Positions 9,689 to 16,615 of a stretch of 64,000 nt of DNA are shown one piece after another. Under the pieces are notes generated by a model, which was not told the origin of the DNA, searched no databases, and saw only the letters and a program-made list of their open reading frames with translations. Within the stretch, counting starts at the first letter, position 1; each line of letters begins with the position of its first letter. Source of the DNA: Clostridia bacterium (GTDB taxonomy: Bacteria; Bacillota; Clostridia; Christensenellales; Aristaeellaceae). The stretch spans positions 1,693-65,692 of the forward strand of contig JAFXQO010000073.1 of the NCBI GenBank assembly GCA_017527065.1, given 5' to 3'. The position numbers and the translations under genes were made by a program.

Positions 9689-10513
9689 TCACATCGCGAG
9701 GATCAGATCGAGCGCCCTGTCCGTGATGTCGTAGAGGTAGTCCGGCGCGGCCGGCATGGGGGACAGCTCGGCGGTCAGGTATCCGTCGTAGCCCGCCTCC
9801 CGCAGGGCTCTTGCCACCCTGTCCCATCGGATACTGCCTTCGAGCAGGTTGCAGAAATAGCCCGTGTTGGTCCCGCTCCGGCGGAAGTCCTTCACGTGCA
9901 CTTTCGCGATGCGCCGCCCCAGGATGTCGATCCAGTACTCCGGCCAGGAGAAAATGGCCACGTTGCCCACATCGAAATACGCGCCCAGGTTCTTCATGGC
10001 CATCTCGTCGATGAAGCGGGCCATGTCAAAGGGCGAAATGAAAAAGTTGTTCCACACGTTCTCGACGCCTACCGCGACGCCGCTTCCTTCGATCAGGCCG
10101 CGGCAGGCCTCCAGCTCCGCCTGCGCGTTCCGCCATGCCTCGCGTATGCTCATCTCGGGGCCGATGCCGCCCGGCACGACCAGTATGCCGTCCGCGCCGA
10201 GCTCCTGGGCGCAGCGCAGCTGCTGCGCCATCACCCGCGCCGCCGGCAGCTCCTGTGACGGGCCGCACAGCGTCGTCTTTCCCCACAGCGAGCTGGAAAC
10301 GCCGCTCACCGCCAGCCCGGTGTCCTCGCTGATGCGGCGGATCTCCATAAGCTCCCGCGCCGAGGTCTCCATCGTCAATGAGTGGCGACTGCGCCCCGCC
10401 GGGTCGAGGTTCAGCTCCACGCCGTCGAAGCCCGCCCGCTTCAGCGCGGCAAACATGGGCTCAAAGGGCACGTCGTCCGGTACGGTCCATGCGTTCAGCG
10501 ATTTTTTCATCAT
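9689..10513 (-). CDS. sugar phosphate isomerase/epimerase (xylose-isomerase-like TIM barrel)
   Basis: 274 aa. GFDGVEL near the N-terminus and the overall AP-endonuclease-2/TIM pattern. Confidence 0.75.
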   Translation of the reverse strand: MMKKSLNAWTVPDDVPFEPMFAALKRAGFDGVELNLDPAGRSRHSLTMETSARELMEIRRISEDTGLAVSGVSSSLWGKTTLCGPSQELPAARVMAQQLRCAQELGADGILVVPGGIGPEMSIREAWRNAQAELEACRGLIEGSGVAVGVENVWNNFFISPFDMARFIDEMAMKNLGAYFDVGNVAIFSWPEYWIDILGRRIAKVHVKDFRRSGTNTGYFCNLLEGSIRWDRVARALREAGYDGYLTAELSPMPAAPDYLYDITDRALDLILAM

Positions 10514-10565
10514 CCTCAGATCCCTTCTCCTGATTGTCGGGCGCGCCGGGCGTCCCGTCCTCCGG

Positions 10566-11369
10566 CTACGCCTTGATTCCGAAATAATCCAGCGCCTTCT
10601 CGATGGTCAGGTCCCAGAAGCGCCACTCGTGCCGGTAGCCGTCGATTTCCTCAAACTTCGCTTTCAGGCCGATTTCCTCCGCGTGCGCTTTGAAATGAAG
10701 GAAACCTTCGTAAAGCGGGTCCGCCCTGCCGCAGGCAAAATACAGCTTCGGCAGGTCGACGCCGTTTTTCACGGCCTCGTCCAGCACCCGCCAGGTGTTC
10801 TCATAGGAGGCCAGATAGGCGTCCAGGCCGCCGCGGTTGTCGATGCTCCCCTGCGTCCGCTTGAAGAAGGCCGGATTGACCCGCCTGTCCCACTCAATGT
10901 CCCGGGGCACCTGGGAGAGAGCCGCCGCTCCGGCGAAGAGTTCCGGATGGCTGAAGGCGTACACGCAGGCGCCGCGCCCGCCCATGGAGAGGCCGGCGAT
11001 GTAGTTGTCTTCCCGGCGCGGGGAGAGCGGGAGCCAGTTGTGCGCCAGGGGCATGAGCTCCTCCGTCAGGTAGTCGTACATATTATAGCCGATGCTGAAG
11101 CGCTCCCAGTTCGCGTAGTTGGAATTCAGGGCCGAGGGCATGACCACGGCCAGGTTCCGCTCGCAGGCATAGAGCTCGATGTTGCTCTTGCGGATCCAGT
11201 CGCTGTGGTCACCAAACGTCCCGTGCAGCAGCCACAGGACCTTATACTTCTTGCCGGAGCCATAAAACTGAGCCGGCGTCATGTCCCGGGGCTTGTCCGG
11301 AAGGATGACGGAAACCGTCGTGTTTCCCTGCAGGTATTCGCTCTGGAAATCAAACTGCATGTATGCCAT
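10566..11369 (-). CDS. alpha/beta-hydrolase esterase (putative esterase / EstA-like)
   Basis: 267 aa. WLLHG oxyanion-type segment and the nucleophile elbow GLSMGG. Confidence 0.75.
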   Translation of the reverse strand: MAYMQFDFQSEYLQGNTTVSVILPDKPRDMTPAQFYGSGKKYKVLWLLHGTFGDHSDWIRKSNIELYACERNLAVVMPSALNSNYANWERFSIGYNMYDYLTEELMPLAHNWLPLSPRREDNYIAGLSMGGRGACVYAFSHPELFAGAAALSQVPRDIEWDRRVNPAFFKRTQGSIDNRGGLDAYLASYENTWRVLDEAVKNGVDLPKLYFACGRADPLYEGFLHFKAHAEEIGLKAKFEEIDGYRHEWRFWDLTIEKALDYFGIKA

Positions 11370-11654
11370 GGGCGCTTCCTCCTTTGTGAGTCAGGTCTGT
11401 CGGGTTCACATACTTCTGAGCCGCCAGGCGCAAAGGCGTCCCCTTGGGCGTCCTGAAAGACGCCGATGATCTTCTGATTGATCGTTTTGGACAGTTCATG
11501 ATTGAGTCCATGTCCCGCGTTCTTCCGCTTCTTTGGCTTCTGTTGTCATTATAGCAGAAGTCGGAGCGTTTTGGAATATAGCGCACGTTTTTTTCGAGCG
11601 GCATAAGCGCGCGACGGCGGCGGGACGCCGCATGGCAAAAACCAATTTTATGAT

Positions 11655-11756
11655 AAAAAGAAAACACCCGCCTGAGCGGATGTTTCCCTATTTGGTGCCT
11701 CCATCCGGATCCGAACCGGAGTCTTCGCCATGAGAGGGCGACGTCTTAGGCCTCTT
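11655..11756. repeat. direct repeat copy A (102 bp) of tRNA-Glu 3' part plus downstream terminator
   Basis: Gap-free hand alignment with 12872-12973 gives 95/102 identical positions. Confidence 0.85.
11693..11756 (-). pseudogene. 5'-truncated tRNA-Glu fragment (D-loop to CCA, 64 nt)
   Basis: The rc reads AGAGGCCTAAGACGTCGCCCTCTCATGGCGAAGACTCCGGTTCGGATCCGGATGGAGGCACCA. The 5' acceptor strand and D-stem are missing. Confidence 0.8.
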
Positions 11757-11780
11757 TCCGTAAAGAAGACCGAAAACTGA

Positions 11781-12017
11781 TTATTGTTCAATATAATTAT
11801 AAGCCACAAGCTGCTTCAGGATATCGTCCTCAGGTATATGCTTCTCATGCAGATGGTTGCTCATTTCCCAGGCTTTTTCCATATCAATAACCCGGTGAAT
11901 CGTTATAGAACCATCTTCATGAGTATATGTCATGGTATTATAACCTTTAAAATGGAAAAAACCACCAACAACCATCTCAAGTTCTTTATCAGTAATCTGT
12001 TTTTTTTCACCAGTCAT
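11781..12017 (-). CDS. double-glycine-leader peptide precursor (bacteriocin-like / GG-motif peptide), 78 aa
   Basis: GAGGAGG lies 6 nt upstream of the ATG at 12015-12017. The leader MTGEKKQITDKELEMVVGG fits the consensus [LI][ST]xxELxx[IV]xGG exactly. The gene is AT-rich (21/60 G+C in 11781-11840, hand count). Confidence 0.7.
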   Translation of the reverse strand: MTGEKKQITDKELEMVVGGFFHFKGYNTMTYTHEDGSITIHRVIDMEKAWEMSNHLHEKHIPEDDILKQLVAYNYIEQ

Positions 12018-12097
12018 AGATAACCTCCTCATAAATGGAAAAGCAGATGATGGTATCCTTCTCCGGACGCCCTGATGCGGGAATCACCTTTTTATCG

Positions 12098-12340
12098 TTA
12101 GGTGATTTTGCGGGACTTTTCGGGATTCGGGTCCGGTACGGGAACCGGGACAGGAACCGGTACGGGAACCGGTACGGGAACCGGGACAGGAACCTCGTTC
12201 CTCTCCATCCTCGCGTCCGGACTGTTACCTTTGACGGCATCTTCCGGCCCGTCGAACAGCGGGTCTGAGGCGTACCTCCTTGTTTCCACTCCGCCCGTTA
12301 CCTTTTCCGTCTGTTCAAGATCCAGCGCTTTTCTCTTCAT
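12098..12340 (-). CDS. GG-motif small peptide precursor with a (Val-Pro)10 repeat core, 80 aa
   Basis: AAGGAGA SD upstream of the ATG at 12338-12340. The N-terminus MKRKALDLEQTEKVTGG is a weaker double-glycine leader match. The core contains (VP)10 followed by DPNPEK. Confidence 0.55.
   Translation of the reverse strand: MKRKALDLEQTEKVTGGVETRRYASDPLFDGPEDAVKGNSPDARMERNEVPVPVPVPVPVPVPVPVPVPDPNPEKSRKIT
12134..12193. repeat. tandem 6/12-nt repeat (CGGTAC GGGAAC CGGGAC AGGAAC ...) encoding (VP)10
   Basis: Ten consecutive hexamers of the form CGGKAC/RGGAAC, read directly from the sequence. Confidence 0.9.
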
Positions 12341-12754
12341 GCTTTCTCCATCTCCTTATGTATTTCTCAAAGACCTTTCGGCCCTTTACTGTTCTGCCAC
12401 ATCAGTTTATACGCGGCTGATCTCCCGGTGGCACCGCGGCGGCCCTTTTTGGGAAGAAGAATATCACATACGGATCCTGACGGTCCTGATACAGCCGCCG
12501 TAAGCGGGATATTGTCAATGCGTGTCCGGCAGGGAAAAACAGAATCCTGTCTTAAGGGTACCTGCACACTTCCATCATACACGACAATCATTGAATCGTC
12601 AACCGGAATTCAACTATGTCTAAGCAAGTCGGATAGAATCTGTGCGAATCTAAGCGACTGATCCGACGATGACGCTCCGGGTATACGCCAAAGCAGAGCA
12701 ATCGAAGCTGCCGGCAGCGGTTTCACAAATTGACGATTACCTTCACTGACGACG

Positions 12755-12790
12755 TTTTGTGCGCGGTTTTGTGCGTAATTTTGTGCGCGA
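12755..12790. repeat. three tandem 12-bp repeats TTTTGTGCG(C/T)(G/A)(G/A)
   Basis: TTTTGTGCGCGG TTTTGTGCGTAA TTTTGTGCGCGA, located inside the island and upstream (minus-strand sense) of the peptide genes. Confidence 0.85.
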
Positions 12791-12870
12791 ATCACCCAGA
12801 GCGGCGAGCCTGCCGCTGGATGGGGCAGACGGCGCGCAGAACCAAAGCGCAACAATTCTTGCAATATGGA

Positions 12871-12899
12871 AAAAAAGAAAACACCCGCCTGAGCGGATG
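12871..12899 (-). terminator. rho-independent terminator of the tRNA-Gln/tRNA-Glu operon
   Basis: The minus-strand RNA reads CAUCCGC-UCAG-GCGGGUG followed by UUUUCUUUUUU. Confidence 0.7.
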
Positions 12900-12973
12900 T
12901 TTCCTTATCTGGCACCTCCATCCGGATTCGAACCGGAGTTTTCGCCGTGAGAGGGCGACGTCTTAGGCCTCTT
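12872..12973. repeat. direct repeat copy B (102 bp), part of the intact tRNA-Glu and its terminator
   Basis: Pairs with 11655-11756 at 95/102 identity. Confidence 0.85.
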
Positions 12974-12985
12974 GACTATGGAGGC
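12910..12985 (-). tRNA. tRNA-Glu (anticodon CUC)
   Basis: The rc reads GCCTCCATAGTCAAGAGGCCTAAGACGTCGCCCTCTCACGGCGAAAACTCCGGTTCGAATCCGGATGGAGGTGCCA. Cloverleaf arms pair, the anticodon loop is CT-CTC-AC, the T-loop is TTCGAAT and CCA is encoded. Confidence 0.9.
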
Positions 12986-12990
12986 ATGAT

Positions 12991-13064
12991 TGGCTGCCGA
13001 ACTAGGATTCGAACCTAGAATGAACGAGTCAGAGTCGTTAGTGTTACCGTTACACCATTCGGCA
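12991..13064 (-). tRNA. tRNA-Gln (anticodon CUG)
   Basis: The rc reads TGCCGAATGGTGTAACGGTAACACTAACGACTCTGACTCGTTCATTCTAGGTTCGAATCCTAGTTCGGCAGCCA. The acceptor stem TGCCGAA/TTCGGCA pairs and the anticodon loop is CT-CTG-AC. Confidence 0.9.
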
Positions 13065-13102
13065 TCATGCTTTGCCGACCGCTTGCGCAATCGACAAAAG
13101 CT

Positions 13103-13131
13103 ATTATACGGTCGGCGCGGCGATTTGTCAA
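13103..13131 (-). promoter_or_regulatory. consensus sigma-70 promoter for the tRNA operon (TTGACA, 17 nt spacer, TATAAT)
   Basis: The rc of 13126-13131 is TTGACA and the rc of 13103-13108 is TATAAT, about 35 nt upstream of tRNA-Gln. Confidence 0.7.
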
Positions 13132-13229
13132 CCAGTTTGAATGTAAATTCTGTATGAACGCCGGACGCCGCCGCCCCGCGCCGCCCCGGACGGATGGGAA
13201 ATATTAGCGATTATTCTTTCTATTCTTAA

Positions 13230-13258
13230 TTGACTTGCGCCGTGTCCTTGCTTATAAT
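13230..13258 (+). promoter_or_regulatory. sigma-70 promoter for guaB (TTGACT, 17 nt spacer, TATAAT)
   Basis: TTGACT at 13230-13235 and TATAAT at 13253-13258. Confidence 0.65.
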
Positions 13259-13307
13259 ACTCCTAATAACGGAAAACCCGCGTCTGTACTTAAGAAGGGG
13301 GACTTGA

Positions 13308-14762
<1,455 letters not shown>

Positions 14763-14776
14763 GGACAATCCCCCTT

Positions 14777-14818
14777 GCGCTCCCCGTCGTTTGGCGGGGA
14801 GCGTTTCCTGTTATTTTC
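14777..14818 (+). terminator. rho-independent terminator after guaB
   Basis: GCGCTCCCCG / CGGGGAGCG stem followed by TTTCCTGTTATTTT. Confidence 0.6.
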
Positions 14819-14828
14819 CTTGGGGGTG

Positions 14829-15040
14829 TCTCATTTAAAGTGTCATTCACAAATAGGCGTATGACGAGGATGACCCTTCAGGCGCTGCGCGCCAGCTCCC
14901 CTGAAAGGGGAGCCAAGAAGAACGCCCCAATAGGAACGATCTTGCTTCCCCTATCAGGGGAAGTGCCGAGCGCAGCGAGGCAATAGGGTCGTTCTCCAAT
15001 ACGTCTACATCCAATTTGTTGAACGAGTCGTTAAATGACG
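14829..15040. repeat. ~210-bp nested-palindrome (MITE/REP-like) element, copy 1
   Basis: Outer inverted arms are TCATTTAA.../...TTAAATGA. Inner arms are GACCCTTCAGGC...GCTCCCCTGAAAGGGGAGC and CCCCTATCAGGGGAAGTGCCGAGCGCAGCGAGGC...AGGGTC. The same core recurs at 63669-63876. Confidence 0.75.
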
Positions 15041-15064
15041 CCCTGTTAATTTCCCTGTCAGTCG

Positions 15065-15093
15065 TTGCATATCGGCCCGAACCGTGCTATACT
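15065..15093 (+). promoter_or_regulatory. sigma-70 promoter of the pheST leader (TTGCAT, 17 nt spacer, TATACT)
   Basis: TTGCAT at 15065-15070 and TATACT at 15088-15093. Confidence 0.6.
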
Positions 15094-15099
15094 GGACGC

Positions 15100-15358
15100 A
15101 GTTTCATAACAGGCAGAGACGGAGAAGAGTACCCCGCAAGGCGGCCCTCGAGAGAACGCGCGCCATCGGCTGGAAGCGCGCGGGGCAGGCGGCGGGCGAA
15201 GTTCGCTCCCGAGCTCCCGCGCTGAAAGGATCAGTAGGCGCGGGCGGTCCCGTTCCCCGATAGCGGAACGAAAGGCCCGCGCGCAGAGCGCGCGGACGAA
15301 AACGGGTGGTACCGCGAGTAGATTCAGCTCGCCCCTTTGGGGCGGGCTTATATTTTTC
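15100..15358 (+). promoter_or_regulatory. T-box leader riboswitch (Phe), with terminator/antiterminator
   Basis: Conserved T-box sequence AAACGGGTGGTACCGCG at ~15299-15316. AGAGA and AGTA elements in stem I. Candidate specifier TTC at 15202-15204 (GAAGTTCGCT). Terminator GCTCGCCCC-TTTG-GGGCGGGC plus TTATATTTTT at 15327-15358. Located upstream of pheS. Confidence 0.85.
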
Positions 15359-15411
15359 TCCGCCGGAATAACCAAGTCAATTCTGCGAACCGCGAAAGGA
15401 GTTCATTTACC

Positions 15412-16434
15412 ATGCAGGATCAACTCAAATCCATCAGAGAGCGCGTGACCGAGGAGCTGAAAAACATCCAGGATTCGAACGCCCTGGAGCAGCTGCGCGT
15501 GCGCGTGCTCGGCAAGAAGGGCGAACTGACCGCCATACTCCGCGGCATGGGCAAGCTGCCCGCCGAGGAGCGCCCGAAGATGGGCCAGATCGTCAACGAG
15601 ACCCGGGAAAAGCTGGAGTCCGCCATCGACGAGGCCGCCGCCGCCCTGCGCGCCAAGGAAAAGGAATTCCGCCTCAAGCGCGAGACCATCGACGTGACCC
15701 TGCCCGGCAAGACCCGCACGGCCGGCAGCCTGCACCCGATGAACATCGTGCTGGACGACCTTCTGGACATCTTCACCGGCATGGGCTTCGAGGCCGTGGA
15801 AGGCCCCGAAATCGAATACGACCACTACAATTTCGAGCTGCTGAACCTGCCCAAGAACCACCCCGCCCGCGACGCCCAGGACACCTTCTACGTTGACGAC
15901 AACGTGGTGCTGCGCACTCACACCTCGCCCGTACAGGCCCGCGTGATGACCACCCGCAAGCCGCCCATCCGCATCGTCTCGCCCGGCCGCGTGTACCGCG
16001 CCGACGAGGTGGACGCCACGCACTCCCCGGTGTTCCACCAGATCGAGGGCCTGGTCATCGACGAGGACATCTCCATCGGCGACCTCAAGGGCACGCTGGA
16101 TACCTTCGCCGAGCGGCTCTACGGCAAGGGCATCGTCACCCGCTTCCGCCCCTCCTTCTTCCCCTTCACCGAGCCCTCGGCCGAGGTCGATCTGACCTGC
16201 TCGGCCTGCGGCGGCAAGGGCTGCCGCACCTGCAAGGGCACCGGCTGGATCGAGGTGCTGGGCGGCGGCATGGTTAACCCCAAGGTGCTGGATATGTGCG
16301 GCATCGACTCGAAGAAATACTCGGGCTTCGCCTTCGGCATCGGCATCGAGCGCCTCACCATACTGAAATATAACGTGCCGGACATGCGGTATCTTTATGA
16401 AAATGATCTGCGGTTCTTGAAGCAGTTCAGGTAA
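15412..16434 (+). CDS. pheS: phenylalanine--tRNA ligase alpha subunit
   Basis: AAAGGAG SD followed by ATG at 15412 (MQDQLKSIRERV...). Class II motifs include HPARD, FRPSFFPFTEPS and GFAFGIGIERL. Confidence 0.95.
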   Translation: MQDQLKSIRERVTEELKNIQDSNALEQLRVRVLGKKGELTAILRGMGKLPAEERPKMGQIVNETREKLESAIDEAAAALRAKEKEFRLKRETIDVTLPGKTRTAGSLHPMNIVLDDLLDIFTGMGFEAVEGPEIEYDHYNFELLNLPKNHPARDAQDTFYVDDNVVLRTHTSPVQARVMTTRKPPIRIVSPGRVYRADEVDATHSPVFHQIEGLVIDEDISIGDLKGTLDTFAERLYGKGIVTRFRPSFFPFTEPSAEVDLTCSACGGKGCRTCKGTGWIEVLGGGMVNPKVLDMCGIDSKKYSGFAFGIGIERLTILKYNVPDMRYLYENDLRFLKQFR

Positions 16435-16578
16435 ATTAGGAATTTGGAATTAGGAATTAGGAATTTTAGTTTGATTGAAAAGGAACGGAAACGATGGACG
16501 CTGTCGGCAAAACCGCGCCCGCAGGCGCGGCTGCCCCAGTAACCATAATTCCTAATTCCAAATTCCAAATTCCTAATT
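16435..16578. repeat. palindromic element with heptamer-repeat arms between pheS and pheT
   Basis: The left arm ATTAGGAATTTGGAATTAGGAATTAGGAATT (16435-16465) and right arm AATTCCTAATTCCAAATTCCAAATTCCTAATT (16547-16578) are about 94% complementary (about two mismatches). They flank an ~80-nt GC-rich core with its own hairpin, GCGCCCGCAGGCGCGGC. Confidence 0.85.
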
Positions 16579-16615
16579 CAAAACCGATCATCTATCAGTG
16601 GGAGGACAAATATCT

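Noticed and set aside
11370-11654. Possible transposase or integrase remnant next to the truncated tRNA copy (minus-frame reads ...KPKKRKNAGHGLNHELSKTINQKIIGVFQDAQGDAFAPGG...)
   Set aside because: It is an open stretch of only about 50 codons with no start or SD. I cannot match it to a specific IS or integrase family from memory. It would need a BLASTX or HMM search. It is left unannotated.
12134-12193. Possible CRISPR array or other spacer-repeat structure (also considered for 16435-16578 and 20043-20073)
   Set aside because: The units are 6-12 nt, directly tandem with no unique spacers, and no cas genes are present. These are simple tandem or heptamer repeats.
12367-12921. Small ORFs inside the island (12367-12591, 12428-12661, 12610-12921, 12730-12966)
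   Set aside because: They have no SD, overlap one another and the tRNA/repeat, and show no recognisable motifs. The region is treated as non-coding or decayed.
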